This document shows, in pieces, positions 6,395 to 15,602 of a stretch of 64,000 nucleotides of DNA (its first letter is position 1; every line of letters begins with the position of its first letter). Both the position numbers and the translations under genes were made by a program. Below the pieces are notes generated by a model, which was not told the origin of the DNA, searched no databases, and worked only from the letters and a program-made list of their open reading frames with translations. The stretch is from a virus, in the IMG/VR virus record IMGVR_UViG_3300039286_000350, positions 2,984 through 66,983 of that record; one strand, given 5' to 3'.

Positions 6395-6418
6395 GTGGTG
6401 GGCCTATTATAACACCAC
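6395..6418 (-). promoter_or_regulatory. Extended -10 promoter (TG-T-TATAAT) inside an inverted repeat
   Basis: GTGGTG-TTATAATAGGCC-CACCAC. Confidence 0.55.
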
Positions 6419-6550
6419 TCATTACTAAGCAGGGGCCAGGCTGTCCTCTGGCAACCTCTTCCGTCTAGGGAAGAATTGAGGCTGGACTAAAATGATGTTA
6501 GTGGGTGGCCGTCCATTTCATCCCCGCAGCCAATTGGGGAACCTCGTGAA

Positions 6551-6634
6551 GTGCCAGTCCAGGGACTCGAACCCCGGTCAGTTCCCCTCAGAGTTCCGTC
6601 GTCACCATCTGTCTAACCGCCTGGTGAGGTTGGC
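6551..6634 (-). pseudogene. Degenerate tRNA remnant
   Basis: T arm CGGGG TTCGAGT CCCTG; mismatched acceptor; no paired anticodon stem. Confidence 0.45.
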
Positions 6635-6649
6635 CCTCGGCGTGACAGT

Positions 6650-6826
6650 GGAGCGCCCGGCATTCTCTCCGGTTCGCTGCAATCCAGCGTAACTGGCATG
6701 TTGGGCCAGCTCCAATGCGACTCACAGGTAATCCCATGGACGGAGGGCACTGGCCCATCCGGCACGATGCAGGAAGTCTCGATACGCCGAAGCGTGGGAC
6801 CTCTCGACGCTTAATGCCGGGAGAAC
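6650..6826 (-). ncRNA. Candidate ~175 nt structured ncRNA at the head of the RNA island
   Basis: CCCGGCATT/AATGCCGGG long-range helix; ACGC TTCG GCGT; GGGCCAG/CTGGCCC. Confidence 0.55.
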
Positions 6827-6929
6827 TTTGACTTGGATCGTCTCTACGGTGGGAAGTTCAGTCTTGAGGAACTTCCTTGGTCTCCGTTCTCAAGTACATT
6901 ATCGACAGCACCACAAAGAACTTTAGTCT

Positions 6930-8399
6930 CTAAACTCCTACCTTGGTTCCCCTGTTAGCTTCGAAGTCATCAAACACTTCATTTACCGACTGTCTGTCAC
7001 TATGCTCTTCCTCAAAAGACCGAAGGCTAGCAAACTTGGAAGCCCTAATCCTACCGATGTAATCCCGTCTAGAAGATAGCTTGGAGGCAACCTCAGCAGC
7101 AGTCAAAGACGTATAATCAGCAAGCATTAGGTGTGATGCCGCATCGGCACCTAAGTCATCTAGAGGCCACAACATCAAGTCCGCAAATTCCCTCAGAAGC
7201 GCTTCTGCCAGGGCTGCTGGATACACCGCAAACGGTAGTATACTGCCCAAGAAGGAGGCCCAACTCCAGTGGCTGATGAATAGAGGGGTCGGTTCAGGCA
7301 AGACAGCAGCAATGTTCTGTGATCCCCAGTCTTTCCATCCTAAAGCCTGAGACATTGTATACAATCTTATTTTTGACCCAACTGTCCAGACCAAAGCATA
7401 AAAGAAGGGGTCTGTGGACAAGGCGCCACCAAGTTCCCAAGTCGCCACAGTCGTGTATTCATCAGGTGTAAACTGCAACCCTTCGAATTCATCTATGGCG
7501 AAGAACAGACTTTCTCTCGTAGCAGTCGCTCCAGAGAAGATGGACCTGATTTCAAATGGGGTAAGAGTAGAAGCCTGAGCTACGCCGCAGAACGTTCGAG
7601 TTGTGCCTCGGGCACATGGTCCAGTATCAGAATTAGAAGCATTAGAGGCGCCAGACCAACCTGACTCTCCAGAAGCTAGCTGACTTGGATTAGGGAAATA
7701 AGTTCCGAGGGTCGAGGCTCTCTCGAACATCACCCCGGTGAACTGGAAGGTAACCGTAGTCGCTCCAGTCTGTTCAATGCATAAGCGCTGAGCTTCGAGG
7801 TTAGCCGCCGTCCAGGTTACATTCAGGCGTTTCCATTCTCCAACTGTGGTTGCATTCACACTTGCAGCCTGAACTTCACCATTGGTTGATTTCCTAATAA
7901 CCAATCGGGCACCCGCTCCGGTTGAGGCCGTAAGCCGAACAAACACAGAGGCCGTGTAAGTCCTACCAACAACGAGACCCTCACCACCAATAGGCAGTGC
8001 GAACATCACGCGGTCAGGGTTACCATTTCCAGATGCTTGAATCGCTGTCACCACACCAGCCAATTCAGCGGGGAGCACACCTTCTGGAGCAACTTTCGTT
8101 GGTCCGGATTCTAGACCACTCCCCGTCCAACCAGTCGTGTCATTGGCAGCTGTGGGATTCGTAACAAGATTGGTTCGCGTGCTCCAAGCGGTATCAATAT
8201 AATCGCTGTCACCATCAAAAGCAGCAGTGGCCAGTCCAGGGGTAATCCCAACGTCAAGAGCGGCGTCACCTTTCAGCGAGGCATCTGCAACTGTTACGCT
8301 ACCCTGATTTTTCAGTGAGCTCGACACAGTCGAGGGGAGCAGCGCGTAAAGAGGAGAGGCGCCAAGTAACGCAGATGTTAGAAGAGTTGGGTTCCTCAC
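6930..8399 (-). CDS. LamG/concanavalin-like protein with inserted carbohydrate-binding domain
   Basis: AFDGDSDYI and FAVYPAAL LamG-like motifs; NLVTNP..GW CBM-like motif. Confidence 0.65.
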   Translation of the reverse strand: MRNPTLLTSALLGASPLYALLPSTVSSSLKNQGSVTVADASLKGDAALDVGITPGLATAAFDGDSDYIDTAWSTRTNLVTNPTAANDTTGWTGSGLESGPTKVAPEGVLPAELAGVVTAIQASGNGNPDRVMFALPIGGEGLVVGRTYTASVFVRLTASTGAGARLVIRKSTNGEVQAASVNATTVGEWKRLNVTWTAANLEAQRLCIEQTGATTVTFQFTGVMFERASTLGTYFPNPSQLASGESGWSGASNASNSDTGPCARGTTRTFCGVAQASTLTPFEIRSIFSGATATRESLFFAIDEFEGLQFTPDEYTTVATWELGGALSTDPFFYALVWTVGSKIRLYTMSQALGWKDWGSQNIAAVLPEPTPLFISHWSWASFLGSILPFAVYPAALAEALLREFADLMLWPLDDLGADAASHLMLADYTSLTAAEVASKLSSRRDYIGRIRASKFASLRSFEEEHSDRQSVNEVFDDFEANRGTKVGV

Positions 8400-8449
8400 A
8401 ACTATGATACGTAACAGACCAGCGCCTTATCAACAGCAGGGTTGAAATC

Positions 8450-9100
8450 TCACCCACTCAGATATTTCTTCCCTTTATTCGACACTGACTTAGCGACAGT
8501 AGATCCGTACAACTCATGGATCAACTCAGGACGGCCTGAGTTGATAGCGATTTTGTCCAGCAAAGTCAGCGTCACGTGTTTCAACTGTCGTCCGTCCTCA
8601 GTGATCCCACCCGCGATGCGGCGGATGCGTGACTCATCAATCTGCAGGGCAGTCCCAGTTGCAGAAGAGCCGTGTGCTCGGATAAGCTCATCAACGTAAG
8701 CGATCAGAGGACCGGCAGGGAGTTTCTCTTTCAGACGTGAAGCGATTGAGTCATCATAACCCTCACGCAACTTTTCATTGATCCTATACTTCTCTCTTTT
8801 CCGCTCCCATTGTTCTGGAGTCATTCCCTCTTGCCAAGCTCTGCGCCGGTCTCTTTCGCAGTCCTTACACTTGGAAGAGGGGTAATACTTTATTTCCCCA
8901 TCAGCTAAACAGTGCTTTTTCAGCACGAAGTTCCCAGCCACAGGAAGCCAGCGGTCGCAAGGACCGTTGCACTTCTTTCGGAGGACGTCGGGAGCTCCAT
9001 CATCACTGAGCTCTCGTTCGCGTCTCTCCCTTGCCGTACGTTTCTTCGACTCCGAGATCTTCGCCCGTAGCTCGGGTGTCATTTGGGGAGGGACGCCCAT
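8450..9100 (-). CDS. Putative DNA-binding protein (NUMOD3-like N-terminus, Cys cluster, C-terminal HTH-like region)
   Basis: TPELRAKISESKK; KKCNGPC..SKCKDC; helix pattern ALQIDESRIRRI. Confidence 0.55.
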   Translation of the reverse strand: MGVPPQMTPELRAKISESKKRTARERRERELSDDGAPDVLRKKCNGPCDRWLPVAGNFVLKKHCLADGEIKYYPSSKCKDCERDRRRAWQEGMTPEQWERKREKYRINEKLREGYDDSIASRLKEKLPAGPLIAYVDELIRAHGSSATGTALQIDESRIRRIAGGITEDGRQLKHVTLTLLDKIAINSGRPELIHELYGSTVAKSVSNKGKKYLSG

Positions 9101-9164
9101 GCCTAAATTGATCCTCGACAGCAGGCATCGCGCTCAACGAGAATACAACTTTTAGCAGGAGTTC

Positions 9165-9737
9165 CTACTCAGAGAACGTGAGAGCCGAGCCAACGGGTAC
9201 ATCGAACTCATGTTCGAGAACCTGCCGGCCATTGAGAAAGCTCAACTCCATTAGGAAGATGAAACCCTCGACTTTGGCACCAGCTGCAGTGGCTAGCCGG
9301 GCTGTAGCGGCAGCAGTTCCACCTGTAGCTAGCAGATCATCATGGATAAGAACAGAGGAACCTGGTGGGATGGCTTCTTGAGGGATCTCTAGGCCATCTT
9401 CTCCGTACTCCAGCTCATACTTGACATCATAAATAGGTCCGGGGACCTTGCCTGGCTTCCGTACAAGGACGAGGCCCATATCACCACCAAGGGCTATGGC
9501 GGAGCCGAGGAGCAAACCTCGGGCCTCCGGTACCAGAAGGTACTTCGCGTCAACATCAGAATCTCGAAAGGCCTCTACTCCAGTCCATTCCAAGAGGCGA
9601 CAAGCAGCTTGGAGAGCGCCAGCATCAGCGTATACCAGGGACGCATCTATAAAGTTGATTCCCTCTTTAGGCCAGTCCTTGTAGGTCCGGATCTTTTCCC
9701 GAACAATTTGTTCTACAACTTCGTATTTACTCGCCAA
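9165..9737 (-). CDS. apt: Adenine phosphoribosyltransferase
   Basis: DWPKEGINFID, PEARG, RKPGKVPG, YELEYG, VLIHDDLLATGGT. Confidence 0.93.
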   Translation of the reverse strand: MASKYEVVEQIVREKIRTYKDWPKEGINFIDASLVYADAGALQAACRLLEWTGVEAFRDSDVDAKYLLVPEARGLLLGSAIALGGDMGLVLVRKPGKVPGPIYDVKYELEYGEDGLEIPQEAIPPGSSVLIHDDLLATGGTAAATARLATAAGAKVEGFIFLMELSFLNGRQVLEHEFDVPVGSALTFSE

Positions 9738-10164
9738 GGATCTCGTCTATCTTGTCGTTGACCTCTTTGATGAGCTTGCCAAGGAGTACTGTTCCGATGG
9801 TCCTCAGGTAGACAAATTCAGGTGGCTTACTGTCAGAGGAGTATGTCTTCCCAGGGTCTACTTTGACGTTGTACCAAACCAGCGTCGGAACTGAATACAC
9901 CAAGAATCGGTTCCGTGGCATGCTGTGTTGGTCAGTTGCATCCAAAGCCACCTGCACTACGAACAGTGGTATCTGATCCTCGAACTCCGTTACCAGTTCG
10001 TCGTACACGGGCAACATGAGAGGTGAGTGGGCATCTTCGTCAGTCACGAAGGCGAAGAAACAACCCAATGGGTACTTAGCTGCAAGCTCAGGAATATCAG
10101 ATGGGTTAGTCAGCTGTCTGTTGGCAAGGCCAACGACGCCCTCTTTCTCATCATTCTCAGGCAT
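9727..10164 (-). CDS. Thioredoxin-fold protein lacking CxxC
   Basis: FLVYSVPTLVWY cis-Pro motif; packed between neighbours. Confidence 0.55.
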   Translation of the reverse strand: MPENDEKEGVVGLANRQLTNPSDIPELAAKYPLGCFFAFVTDEDAHSPLMLPVYDELVTEFEDQIPLFVVQVALDATDQHSMPRNRFLVYSVPTLVWYNVKVDPGKTYSSDSKPPEFVYLRTIGTVLLGKLIKEVNDKIDEILGE

Positions 10165-10357
10165 TAGGATTTCCTACCGTGCGGGCGATGTGGTCCACAA
10201 AGTCCCGGTCCTCAGGGGATAGATCCTTGCGTATCCCCTGACATTCTTTGCAGGTACAAGCAGGATCATAGTGAGAATCACCTTCGAACACAAGGGAAAT
10301 GATTCCCTTGAGGCGATCCCTCTCTAGATCTGCAAGCTCTCCAGTTGATGACTCCAT
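10157..10357 (-). CDS. Hypothetical protein
   Basis: Overlaps the next gene; CxCxxC. Confidence 0.6.
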   Translation of the reverse strand: MESSTGELADLERDRLKGIISLVFEGDSHYDPACTCKECQGIRKDLSPEDRDFVDHIARTVGNPNA

Positions 10358-10364
10358 AATATTC

Positions 10365-11825
10365 TCACATATCCAGTAGTGCTGCAGAAGCGGTCTGTGT
10401 AGTCTGTGGATCAGCGACCGACCGTTTCAGAGAAGCTATCTGTCCGTGTCTAAAGTTCTCCCTCGCATAGAAATGCTCTCCAAGTTCTCCATTCCTATTC
10501 TTTAGAACACCCATCTTGATCTCATCAGGGTTCTGAGGCACGCGTAGTAGCCAGATGGCCTTGTCAGCAGACTTCTCAGCCTCAGATGACTCAGCAAAGC
10601 ATGCGAGAGTATAGAAGCCCTCCCTCAAGGCCTCGTGGTAGGACGTTCGGTTGACCTGATAACCCGCCTCAACGGACAATCCTCGACCATCCCCAAAGTC
10701 CATGGCATGCCCCTTGACGTCACGCAACAAGTCGTCAAGTTCTTCTCGACGGTTGACACGTGGTCGTGTCGATCCCATGAGACCCAGATAATCAATGATC
10801 CCAAAGTCAAGGGGTACTATCTGGTCGTAGGCGGCAAATTTGTTGAATATCATGTCAGGGGTTGCTCGTCGTGGAAACTTGAACACGAAGAACTTCCCGT
10901 ACTCAGGGTTTGTAGCTATATCACGAAGTACCTCTTTGTACAGCTTTTCATCGTCCTCGTCTAGTTCTCCAGAGTCTATTTTGGTCGTCTCCAACGGATG
11001 AGGAAACTTAGGGTCACAGGAGTGCAGAGCCACCATCCGGTTGCGATAGTCAGTATAATCCATCTCACCAGTAGCAACTGCCACATTGTGGCCTTTCCGC
11101 CAAGCTTCGTAACCATCGTTAAGCATCAAGAAGCTCTTGCCCTCATGTGCGTATGCTGTGACCAAGTATAGCTCGCCGGCGCGGATTCCACTCAGGACGG
11201 CCATGGCATCAGGCATTGACAGAGGGACACCCCTGTACTCAGCCTGTTTGGCAGTCATATAATCAAGGAGAGCCTGGTCTGTGGAACCAGTGATCTCCGC
11301 ATCATGAAGAGTCCCACCCGAAGTCAGCTGATCGAACTCAAGTCGTGCCTGAGCAATTACAGTCCACGCTGCCTCAGCTCCAGTCATGTTCTTGCCATTG
11401 TTGCTGAATCCGTCACGCATCGACTCGGCAGCCCTAGCTAGAACCTGCCCAGTCCAAGCCTGTTGCCAAGCTAGATCAAATTGGTGAAGGAACCAACGAC
11501 GTTCTGCTTCGTCAGGAGTCGAGTAAGGCGGTTGGGTTAGGGAGTCGAACAGGGACAGATAACGATCATGCTTCGATACATCTGGCTCATTCTGCTGGAG
11601 GATCGAGGCTAGCGCCTGTCGGGTAAGGCAGCCACGAGCGACATTGTAGTACGCCGAAGCAGCTGAGAATAGGGACGCTAGCTCACCCCTAAGTCGTGTC
11701 GAGTACTTGACGACTACCTGTTCGAGTAGGTCGGAGTCTACCAGACAGGCTGCAACAACATAATGTTGCAACTCGTCAATGGAGTAGACACGCTCCTGCT
11801 CAGTCTGTGCCGGCGTATCCGTCAT
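10365..11825 (-). CDS. dnaB: DnaB-like replicative helicase
   Basis: GELYLVTAYAHEGKS Walker A; GIIDYLGLM; ESSEAEKSADKAIWL; KNRNG. Confidence 0.9.
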   Translation of the reverse strand: MTDTPAQTEQERVYSIDELQHYVVAACLVDSDLLEQVVVKYSTRLRGELASLFSAASAYYNVARGCLTRQALASILQQNEPDVSKHDRYLSLFDSLTQPPYSTPDEAERRWFLHQFDLAWQQAWTGQVLARAAESMRDGFSNNGKNMTGAEAAWTVIAQARLEFDQLTSGGTLHDAEITGSTDQALLDYMTAKQAEYRGVPLSMPDAMAVLSGIRAGELYLVTAYAHEGKSFLMLNDGYEAWRKGHNVAVATGEMDYTDYRNRMVALHSCDPKFPHPLETTKIDSGELDEDDEKLYKEVLRDIATNPEYGKFFVFKFPRRATPDMIFNKFAAYDQIVPLDFGIIDYLGLMGSTRPRVNRREELDDLLRDVKGHAMDFGDGRGLSVEAGYQVNRTSYHEALREGFYTLACFAESSEAEKSADKAIWLLRVPQNPDEIKMGVLKNRNGELGEHFYARENFRHGQIASLKRSVADPQTTQTASAALLDM

Positions 11826-12159
11826 CGGACTCTATTACGCCAAGGTTCTTTAGGTGCGCAAGACCTAGAGACAGGTCACGCGCAAGACAAGCATTGCCAC
11901 AACCGCAGTAGATGTGAGGTTGAGGGCCGGGCGCCTCACAGCACTCCGGGTAGCGCGGGTGTGATGAAGGAATAGGGGTACTGAGTACGCCGCCATTGTA
12001 CCCAACGTACTGGAAGGACTCAGCATGGACAGGTACGCCGCACCAACGGCATACCGGATCATCATTCCTCCAAAGATCCAAGAGAGCTTGGTCTGACGAT
12101 GTGTTGAGAGTGACACCATCGATCGGGGTCAGAGAAGAACGCTGGACATCACTGCCCAA
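11800..12159 (-). CDS. Hypothetical Cys-rich protein
   Basis: CRWCG..CC..CGCGNAC; start uncertain. Confidence 0.55.
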   Translation of the reverse strand: MGSDVQRSSLTPIDGVTLNTSSDQALLDLWRNDDPVCRWCGVPVHAESFQYVGYNGGVLSTPIPSSHPRYPECCEAPGPQPHIYCGCGNACLARDLSLGLAHLKNLGVIESDDGYAGTD

Positions 12160-12430
12160 GGCCAGAATCCTCCGAAGGGAACTTGAGACGTAGTTCCTCT
12201 GCTAGATCATCAAATGAAACATCTCGCCCCTCAAACTTCATACTCAGAACGGTGCCACGCTCAGATACAATCTGGACTAGTTGTCTGAGTTGGGTCGCCT
12301 CTGCGCGAATATCCTCCGGGAGGTCTTTGCGCTTGAGCAGTTGGAGGAGCGACTCCTTCGAGACCTTGGCTGATTGAGTTGCCCGATAAAGCTCGGTTCG
12401 TGCCTCTCTATCAGGGTCAGTCGATGACAT
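12149..12430 (-). CDS. Hypothetical protein
   Basis: Tight operon packing. Confidence 0.6.
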   Translation of the reverse strand: MSSTDPDREARTELYRATQSAKVSKESLLQLLKRKDLPEDIRAEATQLRQLVQIVSERGTVLSMKFEGRDVSFDDLAEELRLKFPSEDSGLGQ

Positions 12431-12851
12431 GAGTCCCTTCTGGTACTTTCAGAAGGGCACCTAGGTCAGCAAGAGTCCGCACTGAGGATCCGAGACCCCG
12501 AAAATCATCATCAGATAGTCTCTGGTGGAGAGTCCAAAAAGAATCTCCTTCTCCCGTCCTGTCTCTTGTGAAACGAGCGATCAGTGGTATACCCTCAACC
12601 TCAAAAGTCCACGCCCAGTTATTCTTTCCTTCTATCGTCTCCACTTTCTCGCAGACCAACTTGTCCGGTGTAAGACGAACATGCAGAAGGCGCTCAACAA
12701 GTGCACGAACCTCAATACTGGAAATCCTTACGCGTTCCTCACGTTGCTCTTCATTGCGTACACGCTCCTCATTTTCCTTGGCAATTGATAGCGTGTACGC
12801 CTCTTCGGCCTTCTGTCGAATCGAAGTCATAGTCTTTATTACTGCCAGCAA
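12417..12851 (-). CDS. Hypothetical protein
   Basis: Tight operon packing. Confidence 0.6.
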   Translation of the reverse strand: MLAVIKTMTSIRQKAEEAYTLSIAKENEERVRNEEQREERVRISSIEVRALVERLLHVRLTPDKLVCEKVETIEGKNNWAWTFEVEGIPLIARFTRDRTGEGDSFWTLHQRLSDDDFRGLGSSVRTLADLGALLKVPEGTHVID

Positions 12852-12860
12852 ACCAGTCCT

Positions 12861-13292
12861 TCAAGCCCCTGCCTGCACGTACTTCTCGTAGTACTTGGCA
12901 AAGTCCTCAGGAGGAATGCATGTTCGGCATAAGACTCCGTATGATTTACGCCTGGTTGTGTCATGAGTCCCAAACAGATACATCTCACCGATCTCAGGTT
13001 CGCGTCCACAGTCTTCGCAAACCATCTTAGTGATGCCACGCCTCTTCTGCCTTAGCTTACGTTTTCCTTGGTACGACAATCTAAAGCACCGTACAAACTC
13101 AGGATCAAGGTCCAGAAGTTTTACTAGGCGATCTACTGTAGCTTGAGTAGCATTCCTCCCTGTCCGCCACTCATAAATTGTATGTTGAACGCCTGCATCC
13201 TCTATACCAAGCCATTTGCGCTGAACGCCAGGATGGGTCTCGCCATAAGTATCAACGAGCCATTTATAAAGCTTTGGGCCATCGTACATCAT
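12861..13292 (-). CDS. HTH-like plus zinc-ribbon protein
   Basis: TIYEWRTGRN; CEDC..CRTC. Confidence 0.6.
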   Translation of the reverse strand: MMYDGPKLYKWLVDTYGETHPGVQRKWLGIEDAGVQHTIYEWRTGRNATQATVDRLVKLLDLDPEFVRCFRLSYQGKRKLRQKRRGITKMVCEDCGREPEIGEMYLFGTHDTTRRKSYGVLCRTCIPPEDFAKYYEKYVQAGA

Positions 13293-13735
13293 TACTCAAG
13301 AATGGTCACGTTCACTTGGTCCATGGGCTTCTTTCGGCCAAGCCTGATCGTCATCCAAGTTCCTGAGCGAGGGGATTGGTTCTCGGGTTTGAGAGGGAAC
13401 GCCTCTAGGACATCGCCGTGATATACTAGCAGGTGGTTCCGTTCGCGGTAAGGGTGGCGTCCGTTCGGCATGTGGATGATCTCATCCATGAATTGCTGGA
13501 TCCGTTCCCAGCTGTGGTCGTGCGGTGCCGCAGGGACAACTAGTCGGTGATGAACCTTGCCTCCTCGTTTCTTCGAGGGGAACAGATTAAGGAGCCGAAC
13601 CATGCAGAAAGTGTCTACGCCTTCTGCTCCTCCAGTAGTAATCTCTGTCGGATTATCAAGAGATTCCAGTCTAGCCTCAACCTCTGGAAGGTGGTCTTCG
13701 CGAAGGCCCGTAGTTCCCGACATCGAATAGCGCAT
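13292..13735 (-). CDS. SLOG-superfamily (YspA/DprA-like) protein
   Basis: TTGGAEGVD, RERNHLLV, RSGTWMTIRLG. Confidence 0.75.
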   Translation of the reverse strand: MRYSMSGTTGLREDHLPEVEARLESLDNPTEITTGGAEGVDTFCMVRLLNLFPSKKRGGKVHHRLVVPAAPHDHSWERIQQFMDEIIHMPNGRHPYRERNHLLVYHGDVLEAFPLKPENQSPRSGTWMTIRLGRKKPMDQVNVTILE

Positions 13736-13747
13736 GCTACAACAGGG

Positions 13748-14218
13748 TTACTCCCGAGGTGGCTCCCAGCGAGCCTTTGTTGGTGCTCTTCCACCAAGAG
13801 CAGCGGCGTGAGGATCGTTATAGTCGCCCGGCTTCTCAACATCTCGTTCGTACTCGCCGTAACCGATGACCCAACGTCCCTTGATTGCACCTTTCCAGCC
13901 GTCGATAACCTTGGGCTTGAGGAGCAATTGGATGTCCTCGTTGTGGGCACCAATGAGTTTTCGATCAACTATCTCAACCTCGAGACGCCATGCGTCATGA
14001 TCAATGACAGCTATATGGGCGCCATGAGCTGGAGCATCTTGCTTGGCAACAGTCATATGGAACATCGTTGAGCCATCCCTCATGTGTGACTCTATAGACT
14101 CCGTGTCCAGAGTCAGTTCCTGGATCCCATGAGTGATCGCAGTTCTGATGGTGCCAGTCGCTCCTCCGAGTTCGGCGTCCATTCTCATCAACATCTCATC
14201 TCTTTGCTCGTCGGCCAT
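13748..14218 (-). CDS. Hypothetical protein
   Basis: ATG after GAGGTAGGA. Confidence 0.6.
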   Translation of the reverse strand: MADEQRDEMLMRMDAELGGATGTIRTAITHGIQELTLDTESIESHMRDGSTMFHMTVAKQDAPAHGAHIAVIDHDAWRLEVEIVDRKLIGAHNEDIQLLLKPKVIDGWKGAIKGRWVIGYGEYERDVEKPGDYNDPHAAALGGRAPTKARWEPPRE

Positions 14219-14225
14219 ATTAGTC

Positions 14226-14591
14226 CTACCTCTCATGGATAGGCAATCCATCCTTGGTGTTCCTAGCATCCAACGGGTAACGTGTGCGGTTCTGCTCTAT
14301 CTTGTCGCTCATTACTTGCCCCAGGTCAATGCCTAGAACTCGGGCTAGCTCGAACAAGTAGATCCCTACATCGGCAACCTCTTCCTTTATTCCAGTAAAA
14401 TGCTCGGCGACGTGCTCACTAGTTGCCTCAGGGTCAGGCCATTGGAAATGCTCTAGCAACTCACCAGCCTCTACTGCCACCGACACAGCTAGGTTTTGTG
14501 GAGTGTGGAATCGGTCCCATTGTCGTTCCTTGCAAAACTGCTCAAGCTGGTCAGATAAATCTTTAATCGTGGTTTCATCGGGACTTGCCAT
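14226..14591 (-). CDS. MazG-like nucleotide pyrophosphohydrolase
   Basis: ERQWDRFHTPQNLAVSVAVEAGELLEHFQW, EEVADV, NRTRYP. Confidence 0.88.
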   Translation of the reverse strand: MASPDETTIKDLSDQLEQFCKERQWDRFHTPQNLAVSVAVEAGELLEHFQWPDPEATSEHVAEHFTGIKEEVADVGIYLFELARVLGIDLGQVMSDKIEQNRTRYPLDARNTKDGLPIHER

Positions 14592-14928
14592 GCATGCGCT
14601 CCCGTTGTTGGTTCTTCTCCATCTTATCAGATACGGCTGCAGCAATGTTATAATTCATGAAGGCTGACAAATCAAGCACGCGGATGAGAACATCGGCCAG
14701 CTCCTCAGCCATATGGTCATGTTGGTCGCGGCGATGATCCTCCAAGGCCTCGCTGACCTCAGAGTGGATCAGGCACAGTTTCTCGCTGATAAAGGCACCA
14801 ACCTCTTTTGGCGTAGGAGGCGGTACGCGAAGTAGTCCCGACTCAGGATCTAGAAGGATCTCATCCCAAAACCCCTTTTCCTTTGCTGTCTGATGAATCT
14901 GTAGGGCAAGGAAGTTTAGATCAGTCAC
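14575..14928 (-). CDS. Second MazG-like NTP pyrophosphohydrolase
   Basis: EKGFWD, LIHSEVSEALE, EELADVLIRVLDL, RMHGK. Confidence 0.85.
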   Translation of the reverse strand: MTDLNFLALQIHQTAKEKGFWDEILLDPESGLLRVPPPTPKEVGAFISEKLCLIHSEVSEALEDHRRDQHDHMAEELADVLIRVLDLSAFMNYNIAAAVSDKMEKNQQRERMHGKSR

Positions 14929-15106
14929 GTTTCTCTCCAGTTCCTTCACAGTCAGGGCAGGGTCCAATGGGAAACTGGTACCGAAGATCCAGCATCCCAT
15001 CTCGTCGGCGTCTCCATTCGCTACCCCAACCACCGCATGAAGGACAAGGGTCCTTTCGCTTTGGAGCTGGGTGGTACCAGGACTTAGGTCTTGTCAACTG
15101 TTGCAT
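14921..15106 (-). CDS. Small DnaJ-type zinc-finger protein
   Basis: CPSCGGWG and CPDCEGTG. Confidence 0.65.
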   Translation of the reverse strand: MQQLTRPKSWYHPAPKRKDPCPSCGGWGSEWRRRRDGMLDLRYQFPIGPCPDCEGTGEKRD

Positions 15107-15602
15107 CCTCAAGTAGCTCATGAAGGTCGTTCTTGATAGAAGCGACATCCGTGGTTGAGCCACTCAGGACACGGTCAGTTGAGAAAATCATTTGTTTTGG
15201 GTCGTTCCTGACAATCTCACGAGGGCTCTTTACCTCGACAACGAAGCCACCAGAGAAGTCGTAGTGCGACACTTGTACCTGCCAACCGCGAATGGAGGGC
15301 CAAACCAAGAGGATCAAAGAATGGAGTAAGCGACAGCCGTTCTCAAGTCTTTCAGGAAGTCGAGGGTCAGACGAGCGAGGTCTATGAACGAGTTTCCGAT
15401 CACGCCAGTCTATGTCAACATCGTCCATCTCTTTCTCAGCGGCAATTACCTTCTTCGTGTGTCGAGCAATAGCCTCTGCAGCCCCGTCCCAACCATCGAC
15501 AGGCCAGGCGTTCATTAGACCCATCCAACGATCAAGCAAAGTGTGGATGGAAGACGCCGGTTTAGTTCTCTGTTCCAAGGCGATCCCAGATGTAGATATC
15601 AA
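15084..15602 (-). CDS. Hypothetical protein
   Basis: Operon packing; start uncertain. Confidence 0.55.
   Translation of the reverse strand: MISTSGIALEQRTKPASSIHTLLDRWMGLMNAWPVDGWDGAAEAIARHTKKVIAAEKEMDDVDIDWRDRKLVHRPRSSDPRLPERLENGCRLLHSLILLVWPSIRGWQVQVSHYDFSGGFVVEVKSPREIVRNDPKQMIFSTDRVLSGSTTDVASIKNDLHELLEDATVDKT

Noticed and set aside
105-6692. ORF-track calls over the RNA island (e.g. 4600-5226 +, 5317-5949 +, 4107-4568 +)
   Set aside because: Antisense to or overlapping tRNAs, tmRNA and structured RNAs; no RBS and no protein-like motifs
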